Below are positions 16,234-25,682 of a DNA stretch of 40,006 nucleotides, piece by piece. Every line of letters starts with the position of its first letter. Position 1 is the stretch's first letter. Both the position numbers and the translations under genes were made by a program. The DNA comes from Clostridia bacterium (GTDB lineage: Bacteria; Bacillota; Clostridia; UMGS1883), in the NCBI GenBank assembly GCA_045580605.1, contig JAZNOC010000035.1, forward strand, positions 1 to 40,006, written 5' to 3'. The notes under the pieces are model-generated. The model made no database searches. It saw only the letters and a list, made by a program, of their open reading frames with translations, and had not been told where the DNA came from.

Positions 16234-17646
16234 ATGCGTAAGACAAAAATTGTATGCACAATAGGACCTGCGAGTGAATCTAAGGAGGTTCTTGAGGGCT
16301 TGTGCAAAGCAGGAATGAATGTTGCCAGACTTAACTTTTCTCATGGAACGCACAGTGAACACAAAAAGAGATTAGATGCAATAAAAGAGGTAAGGCAGGA
16401 GCTTAATGTTCCTATTGCCATAATGCTCGATACCAAGGGTCCTGAGTACAGAATAAAGACGTTTAAAAACGGAAAGGTACAGCTTTCTGAGGGCGATAAA
16501 TTTGTTTTCACAACAGAAGATATAATTGGTGATGAAACAATCGTTTCTGTAAGCTATTGCGGTCTTCCCGAAGAGCTTAGTGTAGGCGATACTATTTTAC
16601 TCAACAACGGAATATTATCATTCCTTGTTGAAAAGATTGAGGGGAAGAATATCTATTGCAAGGTGGTTTACGGAGGCGAGCTTTCTGACAGAAAGAGTAT
16701 GAGCTTTCCAGGAAAGGTTATGAAGCAGAAATATCTTTCCGAGCAGGACAAAAAGGATATTTTGTTCGGCGTGGAAAACGATGTTGACTACATCGCCTGC
16801 TCGTTTGTTTCAAACAAGCAGGACCTTATAGATGTTCACGAATATTTAAAAGAAATAAATGCAGAGAAAATTGAGCTAATTGCAAAAATCGAAAATCAGT
16901 CGGGCTTTGACAATATTACTGAAATTTGTGAGTATTGCGACGGTATAATGATTGCCAGGGGAGATATGGGTGTTGAGGTTCCCTTTGAACAGCTTCCGGC
17001 AATTCAAAAAAAACTTATTACCAAATGCAGAATGCTTGGGAAAAGGGTAATCACTGCAACGGAAATGCTTGAAACAATGATTTACAATCCAAGACCTACA
17101 AGAGCCGAGATATCTGACGTTGCGAACGCCGTATACGATGGAACAAGCGCAATTATGCTATCGGGCGAAACTGCGGCGGGAAAATTCCCCGTTCAGGCAG
17201 TTGAGGTAATGGCAAAAATAGCGGAAACAACGGAAAGCAATATCAAATACAACAAGAGATTACATAATTTTGATTTTACAATCAAAAACTCTGTCGATGC
17301 AATATCTCATTCTACCTGCACAATGGCAATTGAACTTGATGCAAAGGCAATTGTAGCGTGCTCTCTTTCAGGTATGACGGCGAGGATGGTTTCGAGATTT
17401 CGTTCGCCTATACCGATTATTGGACTTACAACAAACGAAAATACATGGAGAAAGCTATCTATGTCGTGGGGAGTTATCCCGAAGATGTGTGAGCAGTTTA
17501 CATCGACTGATGTACTTTTCTACACAGCGAAGAAAATAGCAAAGGAAACACTTTCTCTTGAAAAAGGGGACAAGATAGTTATAATTGGCGGCGATACAAG
17601 CGGTCAGTCAGGAAATACAAATTTGATTAAAGTAGAGGAAATGTAG
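16234..17646 (+). CDS. pyk: Pyruvate kinase
   Basis: Contains MRKTKIVCTIGPAS, ARLNFSHG, MLDTKGPE and IARGDMGVEVP. Length is 470 aa. Confidence 0.95.
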   Translation: MRKTKIVCTIGPASESKEVLEGLCKAGMNVARLNFSHGTHSEHKKRLDAIKEVRQELNVPIAIMLDTKGPEYRIKTFKNGKVQLSEGDKFVFTTEDIIGDETIVSVSYCGLPEELSVGDTILLNNGILSFLVEKIEGKNIYCKVVYGGELSDRKSMSFPGKVMKQKYLSEQDKKDILFGVENDVDYIACSFVSNKQDLIDVHEYLKEINAEKIELIAKIENQSGFDNITEICEYCDGIMIARGDMGVEVPFEQLPAIQKKLITKCRMLGKRVITATEMLETMIYNPRPTRAEISDVANAVYDGTSAIMLSGETAAGKFPVQAVEVMAKIAETTESNIKYNKRLHNFDFTIKNSVDAISHSTCTMAIELDAKAIVACSLSGMTARMVSRFRSPIPIIGLTTNENTWRKLSMSWGVIPKMCEQFTSTDVLFYTAKKIAKETLSLEKGDKIVIIGGDTSGQSGNTNLIKVEEM

Positions 17647-17661
17647 GAAAAGGAGGCTTTT

Positions 17662-18591
17662 ATGAATTACACTTTTGCAGTTATCGATTTGGGGTCAAAC
17701 TCTGCTCGAATGAGCATCAGCAAAATTGACGAAAACCAAAAACTGACGGTTATAAAAAAACTGCGTGAAACCGTGCGTCTGAGCGAGGGAATGGGTCAGG
17801 ATAATTTCCTTAAGGAAGAGGCAATGGTGCGTGTCATAGAAGCACTCAAAAATTTTTGCAATATTGCAAAGGAGCATAGGTGCATTTCTATTGCGGCAGT
17901 TGCAACTGCGGCTGTCAGAAATGCAGCTAACAAGGAAATGTTTTTATCCCGTGTGGAAGAAGCAACCGGTATAAAGCTTGAGGTTATATCAGGCGAGGAC
18001 GAGGCATACTATAGCTATCTTGCGGTCAGCGAAACTGTTGGGATAAATGACGGTGTAATCTTTGATACAGGCGGCGGAAGCACCGAGATAACGCTTGTAA
18101 GGGATGGAAAGGTAAAGCATAGCATAAGCCTTCCTCTCGGTGCGGTTGTTCTTACTGAAAGAATGGCGCACTCCAACCAGATGCAGCTTTACAGATATGT
18201 TGCATCGCACATAGGAGCAATAAGCTGGCTTGACGAGTGTGAAAGCCTTGAGCTCTATGGCATTGGCGGAAGCGTAAGAACACTTGCAATGATAAATAAG
18301 GGAAGACTTCTTACAACGGACGAAACTGATAATATGAACATTCCGTATTCTTCCGTTGCAAAAATCTATCAAAAAATATTTAACACCAAGCCTGAAAAAC
18401 GCCGTGATATAAAGGGTATGGATGTATCGCGTGCAGATATAATCTTAGCCGGACTTACACCTATGAAGGTGCTTATGGATATGACGGGAAGTAAAAATCT
18501 TACTGTCTGCGGTGCAGGAGTCAAAGAGGGCGTGCTGTTTCGGATGAAAAATGAAGTAGTTGAGAAATGCAGGGAGCAAAACGGGAAATGA
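17662..18591 (+). CDS. Ppx/GppA-family phosphatase (exopolyphosphatase-like)
   Basis: N-terminal AVIDLGSNSARM, ..DTGGGSTE.. and the overall ASKHA-fold pattern. Length is 309 aa. Confidence 0.85.
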   Translation: MNYTFAVIDLGSNSARMSISKIDENQKLTVIKKLRETVRLSEGMGQDNFLKEEAMVRVIEALKNFCNIAKEHRCISIAAVATAAVRNAANKEMFLSRVEEATGIKLEVISGEDEAYYSYLAVSETVGINDGVIFDTGGGSTEITLVRDGKVKHSISLPLGAVVLTERMAHSNQMQLYRYVASHIGAISWLDECESLELYGIGGSVRTLAMINKGRLLTTDETDNMNIPYSSVAKIYQKIFNTKPEKRRDIKGMDVSRADIILAGLTPMKVLMDMTGSKNLTVCGAGVKEGVLFRMKNEVVEKCREQNGK

Positions 18592-19085
18592 GTGTAAACA
18601 TTGTATTGGTAGAGCCTGAAATCCCGCAAAACACGGGAAATATAGTCAGGACCTGTGCCGCAACGTGTACAAAGCTGCATATTATAGAGCCTATGGGGTT
18701 TACGGTTGATGATAAAAAGCTTAAACGTGCAGGTCTTGATTACTGGCACTTTATGAATATTAAATACTATAAAAATCTTGAAGATTTTTTCGAAAAAACA
18801 AAAGGAGGCAGGTATTTTTACCTCAGCTCAAAGGCACCGACATCCTATGCCGACGTGCATTTTAAGGACGAAGACTACCTTCTTTTCGGCAAGGAAACAA
18901 GAGGTCTTCCTGAAAAACTTCTTATAGACAACCCTGAAAGGTGCGTAAGGATACCAATGATAAGCGAGGCGAGATGCCTTAATCTCTCGAACTCTGTTGC
19001 GATTGTTGTATACGAGGCACTGAGGCAAAACGGGTTTAAAAGTCTCACCCAGGAGTCAGATTATCTTTACGGAGTGATTGACTGA
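18588..19085 (+). CDS. trmL: tRNA (cytidine/uridine-2'-O-)-methyltransferase TrmL (SpoU/TrmH class)
   Basis: Contains NIVLVEPEIPQNTGNIVRTCAAT and ..LLFGKETRGLP....IPM....RCLNLSNSVAIVVYEA. ATG 18588 overlaps the ppx stop (ATGA), so I prefer it to the ORF-track start at 18567. Confidence 0.85.
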   Translation: MSVNIVLVEPEIPQNTGNIVRTCAATCTKLHIIEPMGFTVDDKKLKRAGLDYWHFMNIKYYKNLEDFFEKTKGGRYFYLSSKAPTSYADVHFKDEDYLLFGKETRGLPEKLLIDNPERCVRIPMISEARCLNLSNSVAIVVYEALRQNGFKSLTQESDYLYGVID

Positions 19086-19777
19086 TGATTAAAAAGGTAG
19101 TTTCTCTTATTCTTATTATATTAATAGCAGTGGCATCGTTTTTTGTTTACAAGGGCTGGGAGAAATATGACTCTGCACTCAGTAAAATACCTCTTGAGGA
19201 AAAGGTTGAATCTGTCAGGGAAAGCGAGGACTTTACATCCATTGATGATGTTAGCGAAACCTTTTTGCAGGCAATTACCTCAGTAGAGGACAGACGATTT
19301 TATCACCACAAGGGTGTGGATGCCATTGGGCTGACAAGGGCAATAGTGAATGATATAAAAAATCGTAAGCTGGCTGAGGGCGGAAGCACAATTACACAGC
19401 AGCTTGCAAAAAACCTTTATTTTATGGGAGAAGAATCAATTGAAAGAAAAATTGCCGAAATGTTTACGGCAATAGAAATAGAAAAGAATTATACAAAGGA
19501 TGAAATCCTTGAGCTTTACATAAATGTTATTTATTACGGCAGCGGATATTATAACATTTACGATGCATCTGTGGGATATTTCGGAAAAGAGCCGACGGAT
19601 TTAACTGATTTTGAAGCTACGCTTTTAGCAGGGGTGCCAAATGCACCGTCAAAATATTCGCCAAAGGTAAACCCAGATCTTTCCTACAAGCGTCAGGAAA
19701 AGGTGCTTGACGCAATGGTTGAAAACGGTCATATTACCAAGGAGGAAAGTAAAGAGCTGATATCACAGCAAAAATAA
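19085..19777 (+). CDS. Monofunctional peptidoglycan glycosyltransferase (GT51)
   Basis: N-terminal transmembrane helix, then the GT51 motifs EDRRFYHHKGVD, GGSTITQQLAKN and KDEILELYIN. Length is 230 aa with no transpeptidase domain. Confidence 0.85.
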   Translation: MIKKVVSLILIILIAVASFFVYKGWEKYDSALSKIPLEEKVESVRESEDFTSIDDVSETFLQAITSVEDRRFYHHKGVDAIGLTRAIVNDIKNRKLAEGGSTITQQLAKNLYFMGEESIERKIAEMFTAIEIEKNYTKDEILELYINVIYYGSGYYNIYDASVGYFGKEPTDLTDFEATLLAGVPNAPSKYSPKVNPDLSYKRQEKVLDAMVENGHITKEESKELISQQK

Positions 19778-19796
19778 AAAAGGGCGGTGCAAGCTA

Positions 19797-20276
19797 TTGA
19801 AAAGGGTCTTGAGTATTTTAATAATTTTATGTATGTGCGTTATTTTCTTTTTCTCTCATCAAAAGGCTGATGATTCAAGAGAAACAAGCTCAAAGGTAGT
19901 TATAAAAATTGTTGAAATACTCGACGTCGATGACAGTCTTACTAAAACTGAGACGCTTTCTCTTGCAGATAGATTGCATCGAATTGCCCGTAAGGTAGCT
20001 CATTTTACTATCTATGCAGTACTTGGATTTTTGTTTGCACTGCTTTTTAAAGAATATAATTATCGTTTCAAGCATATATTTATTCGGGCGGTAGTATTTT
20101 CATTTTTGTACGCCTGCACCGATGAGTTTCACCAGTTGTTTATAAGCGGACGTTCATGCGAACTAAGAGATGTAGCAATAGATTCTCTTGGAGCCGCTTT
20201 CGGTGCATCGGTTGCACTTATTTTAATTATTTTAATCACAATGAAAGGAAAAAGAAAAAATGAAGTTTATGAATGA
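19797..20276 (+). CDS. VanZ-family membrane protein
   Basis: Contains KVAHFTIYAVLGF, TDEFHQLFISGRS and RDVAIDSLGAAFG. TTG start. Confidence 0.8.
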   Translation: MKRVLSILIILCMCVIFFFSHQKADDSRETSSKVVIKIVEILDVDDSLTKTETLSLADRLHRIARKVAHFTIYAVLGFLFALLFKEYNYRFKHIFIRAVVFSFLYACTDEFHQLFISGRSCELRDVAIDSLGAAFGASVALILIILITMKGKRKNEVYE

Positions 20277-21981
20277 GTATGAAAAGTGGCTGAGCTTTGA
20301 TAAGCTCGATAAAGAACTAAAGGACGAGCTTGCCAATATAAAAAATAACAGTACCGAAATCGAGGACAGGTTTCATAAGTCGCTTGAATTCGGTACGGCG
20401 GGTCTTCGCGGTATATTGGGCGCAGGAACAAACAGAATGAATGTCTATACTGTTCGTCAGGCTACGCAGGGACTTTGCGAGTATATAAAGAAGTCAGGCA
20501 AAATGGGAAGTGTTGTAATTGCGTATGACTCAAGAAACTTCAGCCGTGAATTTTCTCTCGAGTCTGCAAAGGTGCTTTGTGCAAATGGAATTAAAACATA
20601 TCTTTTCGATTCATTGCGCCCGACTCCCGAGCTTAGCTTTGCGGTTCTTGAGCTTGGATGCATTGCTGGTATTGTGGTAACTGCAAGCCATAACCCTGCT
20701 CAGTATAACGGCTACAAGGTTTACGGAGAAGATGGCGGTCAGCTATCACCTGAGGCAGCTGATGTAGTTACAGAAGAAATTCAAAAAATTGACATTCTCA
20801 CAGGACCTAAGATTATGGGTGAAAAAGAGGCTCTTGACGCTGGACTCCTCGAATATATTGGAGAGGATATAGACAAAAAGTATCTTGCACGTGTATACGA
20901 GCAGCGTGTTAACGAGAACGCAATCAGGGACGTTGCAGACTCTTTCAGCGTGGTTTACACACCTTTCCACGGCAGCGGTAATTTACTTGTGCGTGAAGTC
21001 CTTCGTATGTCAGGGCTTAAAAATCTTTTGGTTGTAAAAGAGCAGGAGCTTCCCGACGGTGATTTCCCAACAGTTAAAAGCCCGAACCCTGAGGATAAGG
21101 AGGGCTTTGCACTTGCAATTGAGCTTGCAAAGAAGAACAATACTGACCTTATTATTGGAACAGACCCCGATAGCGACCGTGTCGGCATCGTGGTAAGAAA
21201 CAGTGAGGGCGAATATGTAACCTTTACGGGTAATCAGGTGGGAGCACTGCTTGTTGACTATATTCTTTCGCAGTACAAGGAAACAAACACAATGCCTCCA
21301 AACCCCGTTGTTATAAGGTCGGTTGTTTCTACAGATATGGTATGCGCAATTACTAAGTTCTACGGTGTCGAGCTTGTTGATGTGCTTACGGGCTTTAAGT
21401 TTATAGGCGAAAAAATTAATCAGTATAATGAGGATAAATCACATAGCTTTGTGTTTGGCTTTGAGGAAAGCTACGGATACTTAAAGGGTACCTACGCTCA
21501 CGATAAGGATGCAGTAGTTGCATCGATGCTTATTGTTGAAATGGCGGCATGGTATAAAAAACAGGGAAAAACACTTTTTGATGCAATGCAGGCGCTTTAC
21601 GAAAAGTACGCTATGTATTGTGAGGGCGTTGTAAACATTGTCGAGAGTGGTCTTGACGGACCCGAAAAGATTGCTGGAATGATACAGAAAGTCCGCACAG
21701 ATTGCCCAAGAGAAATTGGCGGTGTAAAGATTGATGCTCTTCGTGATTATGTAACAGGCGAGGTAACCTATTTTGATGGCGGAAAGGGAAGCACAAATCT
21801 TCCCAAGAGCAATATGCTTTATCTTGAACTTGACGGCTCAAAGGGTTGGATAGCAATTCGCCCGAGCGGTACAGAGCCTAAGCTTAAGCTTTACTTTGGC
21901 TACTGCGATAAGGATGCTCAAAAAGCACAGAAAACACTTGAGATGCTTAAAGATACATTTGCAAAACTTATCACAAACTAA
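20260..21981 (+). CDS. pgcA: Alpha-phosphoglucomutase / phospho-sugar mutase (PgcA-like)
   Basis: Intact catalytic loop GIVVTASHNPAQYNGYKVY, metal loop GTDPDSDR, and EESYGY. It is closely collinear with Bacillus PgcA from memory. The start could instead be 20269. Confidence 0.9.
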   Translation: MKFMNEYEKWLSFDKLDKELKDELANIKNNSTEIEDRFHKSLEFGTAGLRGILGAGTNRMNVYTVRQATQGLCEYIKKSGKMGSVVIAYDSRNFSREFSLESAKVLCANGIKTYLFDSLRPTPELSFAVLELGCIAGIVVTASHNPAQYNGYKVYGEDGGQLSPEAADVVTEEIQKIDILTGPKIMGEKEALDAGLLEYIGEDIDKKYLARVYEQRVNENAIRDVADSFSVVYTPFHGSGNLLVREVLRMSGLKNLLVVKEQELPDGDFPTVKSPNPEDKEGFALAIELAKKNNTDLIIGTDPDSDRVGIVVRNSEGEYVTFTGNQVGALLVDYILSQYKETNTMPPNPVVIRSVVSTDMVCAITKFYGVELVDVLTGFKFIGEKINQYNEDKSHSFVFGFEESYGYLKGTYAHDKDAVVASMLIVEMAAWYKKQGKTLFDAMQALYEKYAMYCEGVVNIVESGLDGPEKIAGMIQKVRTDCPREIGGVKIDALRDYVTGEVTYFDGGKGSTNLPKSNMLYLELDGSKGWIAIRPSGTEPKLKLYFGYCDKDAQKAQKTLEMLKDTFAKLITN

Positions 21982-22077
21982 AAGAAGCGTGCCGCTTCAC
22001 CCATTTCGCGCACTAACTGAATTTAAAATCAGGAATTTCCGCTCGCAATAAAACATCTAATTTTCTATATTGTAAAT

Positions 22078-22105
22078 TAAAAGAAGGGGTTTAACCCCTT
22101 CTTTT
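22078..22105. terminator. Bidirectional terminator between pgcA and the convergent 786-aa gene
   Basis: Palindrome aagaaggggtt/aaccccttctt (22081-22102), flanked by A and T runs. Confidence 0.75.
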
Positions 22106-24464
22106 AATTTGTAATGTCGTCAGTACACATATCTGCAATCTCACGTGCATATTCCTCGGAAAAGGAATGTGCAATTATCCTTATTGTGTTTTGTACATTG
22201 CTCGGCACTATAAGTGCCCATCCGTTTTTAAAGTTGAGCTTAAGGGCATGCTCTAAGTCAAATGCTTCTTTCTTGTGGCGAAGAGCCACTTTTTTTATTG
22301 TATCGGTCTGCTCTTTAGAAGGGCAGTCAACTAAATTGTCTTCAACGCAATAGGAGGGGATTTCCTCCAGCAAAGCGCTAAGGGTAATATGCGAAGAAGA
22401 AAGAAAATCAATAAGCATTACAAGAGCACCTATAGCATCAAATCTGTATACGAACTGCTGAGTGTACATCTTTTCTCGCCGCCCTGAAAGCAGGTTCATA
22501 ATAGCGGGTGGACTCATTTTTGTGCGGACAACGGTTGCTCCGTACTTTTCTGCAAGTAGTTCTACACCTTCAGGAGTGGAAATTGGTGTGTATATAGTTG
22601 CTGACGGATAACTTTTCATTATTATCAGGGCAGTCAATACATCATAATCAAAATCACTTAAAATTCGTGTTTCATTATTAACCAAAATAATTTTTTCACA
22701 TTTAGGGTCAATCATTCCTCCAAAGTCATAGGCACCTTTTTGAACTTCGCTTGCAAATTCAAAAGCGGATGAAGTGTTTGTAAAGTCGAAGCTGCAGTTA
22801 AGGTCGCTTGACGCACCCTGAAGTAGCTTTTTTGCCCATTCTGATTGACAGTTTATAAGAATTTTCATACTCACGTCGGCTTTTTTAACTGAATTTATCA
22901 GGCTACGGAGATAATACAACTTATATTCAAGAAGATAGCTTATATCCTTGATTCCCTGCGGTGAAATGCGCTTTACCTCACCCGAATTTACTATGCCCTC
23001 AAGATGAAAAAGCGTGTCGTCATCAATGTTGGCACCGCTTGAATTTATAATATCAATGCAGGCGTAAAGCTCATCGTTTTTTTCGTATGTGCTGATGGAA
23101 ATACCGCCGTCAAGCTTGTAGAAATATATTCCGCTTCTCGTTATGGGGAGAGGTTGTTCGCCAAAGTCAAAGGTTTCTGCACCAAAAGATTGTGCACCTG
23201 ATATTAGTGCATTTTTAATCATATTACTTCCATAACCGCTGGTCCCGGAAATGCCGATTTTATTGCCCAGCACACTTGCGCACGCACAGCCGAGAAGTGA
23301 TGCGAATTCGGGAGTAATTTCATTATTTATGCGACCTGAAACACATCCGTCAAAGAACATTGAACGGGGAGTCAGGTTTTCCCATACGATGTTTGAAGAT
23401 ATTATGCTGTCGTCTTCAATAAATTTTTCGGGCCACACCCGTACAGACGGACGGAGAATGCACCTGTTTCCAAGCTTTGTGCCTCCACCTATAACTGATG
23501 ACTCATACATTGCACTTTGTACTCCAAGCTCGCTTTTTTCGCACAAAATCCCTGCGCGGACAGAGCTTCCCTCACATACCAGAGCGTTATCCATAACGAT
23601 ACTTCGCTTTATACTCGCAAAGGAGTTAATTGTACAATCCTTGCCGATGCTTGAGTGATCTTCAATTCTTACTCCTCTGTTTATGACTGTGCCCGGTCCA
23701 ATATAAACGGGAGGTACTATAATTGCACCCCGTGCAATAGTTGCGTCCTTGTCTATCCAAACCCCGTTTTCTTTTTCGTCGCATGGAAAGGGAAGATTTA
23801 TTTTCTTATCAAGGAAATCTCTTGTAACGCGAAAGTAAACTTCACTGTCGCATATATCCTGAATATATTCCTTTGATGTGTAGGAAACAATTTTTTCTCC
23901 CGATTCGGTGAGTGCCTGAGCTATGCTGCATAAACTGCTGTGGCTGCTCAAATCAGTTTTTGAGCTTACAAGCATAATTCCCATAAAACACGAGCGTGTC
24001 ATACAAAATGCGGGGTAGGTTGCTCTGTTATATTCACAGATGTATTTATTGTCATCTAAAGATACAACGCCATACTCAAGAAAATCAGCGTTTGTACGTG
24101 TTACAAATGTTGCTGCGGCATTATTTTTTATGTGATGTTCAATAAGCTTTTCAAGGTTAATATCGGTCAGTATGCTTCCGCTTATAATAAGTGTATCATC
24201 AGAGCTTATCAGACTTGCAATTTCTTCTCTTTTCGGAAAGGATATTTTGACCTGCCCGATATTATTTTTCAGAAAGTGATTTTTTACCGTTTCAGGCAAA
24301 TAGTCCGAAACAATTGATATATCGGAAATGTTATGCCGCCGAAGTAGCCTTACGGTATGCTCGCAAACAGGTCTTCCCAAAACGGGTAGCATTGTTTTTG
24401 GTATAGTGCAGGTGATAGGGCGGAGACGGTTACCCTCGCTGTCGTTAATAATTAAAGCCTTCAA
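22104..24464 (-). CDS. Fusion of an NTP-transferase-like domain, a left-handed beta-helix and a phosphohexomutase-like domain
   Basis: 786 aa with a TTG start after AAGGAG. The N-terminus ..GNRLRPIT.TIPKTMLPV.. is the sugar-1-P nucleotidyltransferase pattern. The middle has hexapeptide-type repeats (IGPGTVINRGVRIEDHSSIGKDCTINSFASI..). The C-terminal about 400 aa resembles the PGM/PMM domain order. Confidence 0.7.
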   Translation of the reverse strand: MKALIINDSEGNRLRPITCTIPKTMLPVLGRPVCEHTVRLLRRHNISDISIVSDYLPETVKNHFLKNNIGQVKISFPKREEIASLISSDDTLIISGSILTDINLEKLIEHHIKNNAAATFVTRTNADFLEYGVVSLDDNKYICEYNRATYPAFCMTRSCFMGIMLVSSKTDLSSHSSLCSIAQALTESGEKIVSYTSKEYIQDICDSEVYFRVTRDFLDKKINLPFPCDEKENGVWIDKDATIARGAIIVPPVYIGPGTVINRGVRIEDHSSIGKDCTINSFASIKRSIVMDNALVCEGSSVRAGILCEKSELGVQSAMYESSVIGGGTKLGNRCILRPSVRVWPEKFIEDDSIISSNIVWENLTPRSMFFDGCVSGRINNEITPEFASLLGCACASVLGNKIGISGTSGYGSNMIKNALISGAQSFGAETFDFGEQPLPITRSGIYFYKLDGGISISTYEKNDELYACIDIINSSGANIDDDTLFHLEGIVNSGEVKRISPQGIKDISYLLEYKLYYLRSLINSVKKADVSMKILINCQSEWAKKLLQGASSDLNCSFDFTNTSSAFEFASEVQKGAYDFGGMIDPKCEKIILVNNETRILSDFDYDVLTALIIMKSYPSATIYTPISTPEGVELLAEKYGATVVRTKMSPPAIMNLLSGRREKMYTQQFVYRFDAIGALVMLIDFLSSSHITLSALLEEIPSYCVEDNLVDCPSKEQTDTIKKVALRHKKEAFDLEHALKLNFKNGWALIVPSNVQNTIRIIAHSFSEEYAREIADMCTDDITN

Positions 24465-24507
24465 TTAAAACACTCCTTAAACCTTATTGGGCTTGATACC
24501 CATGGGC

Positions 24508-24894
24508 TTATAAAATATTTCTTAAACTTAATTCAAATTTTTCCTCAAGCTCCTGATAGATGTCTGTCAGCTCACCGATTTCTGCATATGCATCGAGCAC
24601 ACCTCGTTCATTTAGATATGCTTCAAGGCGTGAATTGTGTTTGGTTATAGAATCTAATTCATCGTGCGAAATTATAAGAGAGAGAAGTTTTTTGTTTTTC
24701 TTCCAGTGGTTTTCATAAATTTCGTATTTACCTTTTGCTTCATTATAGCTCTGCTTTTCAAGACTCAGCGAAATTGACTCAAGCTCTTTTACAGAATTTT
24801 TATTGATGCTTTTTATTTTTCTGTTTTGTAAAAATCCACCCGATACTGCCACTGCTAAAATAATCAGGATTATACTAATGCTTCTTTTCATCAA
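24508..24894 (-). CDS. DUF4363-type small membrane-anchored protein
   Basis: 128 aa with an N-terminal transmembrane helix and a helical rest. It is translationally coupled (ATGA-type overlap) to the upstream DUF421 gene, a pairing I recall as typical in Clostridia. Confidence 0.55.
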   Translation of the reverse strand: MMKRSISIILIILAVAVSGGFLQNRKIKSINKNSVKELESISLSLEKQSYNEAKGKYEIYENHWKKNKKLLSLIISHDELDSITKHNSRLEAYLNERGVLDAYAEIGELTDIYQELEEKFELSLRNIL

Positions 24895-25574
24895 TTATTC
24901 CTCAACTGAACAAAAATTTCTTTTTTATCGTTTACGCTCATAAAAAACACGTCTTCGATATTTTTTATATTATTCTCCGAAAGTTTTTTTTCTATCCAAG
25001 CCTTTGTTACGCCGGCATAGCTAAGATTTTCCTTTCTGAGATTTCCGTCAGCAATGACAATGAAGGGAACCTGCGTTTGACTTGCGTTAATGTTTAAGTC
25101 CCCGCAAGAGACGGGGCGGACACTTTCCTTTGGGATAATTGACATTTGCCCATTCGTTTCGATAAGGGCGGTTTCAATTTGGGTAATATCTGGGTAGCCT
25201 GCAATACGTGATTGTTCGACAATATCGTCAATGCAAATTCTAAGCTCTGTCATTTTATCCTTTAAAAGCTTCCCGTTTTTGATGATCAGTGTGGGCCTGC
25301 CCGTTATGATAGCACGCAGTTTTTCGCTTTTTAAAACAGCAAGCGAGAAAAAAAGCTCAACCAAAACAAGCGAGAAAATCGGCACAATTCCGTCGAGCAG
25401 TGGTATACTTCTCGATTGCATCGGTACAGATGCCAAATCTGAAATCATAATAGCGACAACAAGCTCTGATGGCTGAAGCTCGCCAAGCTGACGCTTTCCC
25501 ATAATGCGAAGTGCAAGCACAACGCAAAAATAAAGAATAATTGTTCTTATAAACGAAATTACCATATGATGCAC
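24891..25574 (-). CDS. DUF421 (YetF/YdfS-like) membrane protein
   Basis: Contains ..ALRIMGKRQLGELQPSELVVAIMISDLA.. and a C-terminal soluble domain. Length is 227 aa. Confidence 0.75.
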   Translation of the reverse strand: MHHMVISFIRTIILYFCVVLALRIMGKRQLGELQPSELVVAIMISDLASVPMQSRSIPLLDGIVPIFSLVLVELFFSLAVLKSEKLRAIITGRPTLIIKNGKLLKDKMTELRICIDDIVEQSRIAGYPDITQIETALIETNGQMSIIPKESVRPVSCGDLNINASQTQVPFIVIADGNLRKENLSYAGVTKAWIEKKLSENNIKNIEDVFFMSVNDKKEIFVQLRNN

Positions 25575-25599
25575 TCCTTTGAAATTATTATCTCTACAT

Positions 25600-25636
25600 A
25601 AAAAAAAGAAATTCTCATTTTGAGAATTTCTTTTTA
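25600..25636 (-). terminator. Intrinsic terminator after the topoisomerase B-subunit gene
   Basis: Stem agaaattctca/tgagaatttct, with an 8-nt U-run on the minus-strand transcript. A second 10-bp hairpin (aacggctgac/gtcagccgtt, 25660-25682) sits just downstream of the stop codon (25683-25685) on the minus-strand transcript. Confidence 0.7.
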
Positions 25637-25682
25637 ACCGTATAGAAAATTTTGCTTCGAACGGCTGACCCTGTCAGCCGTT

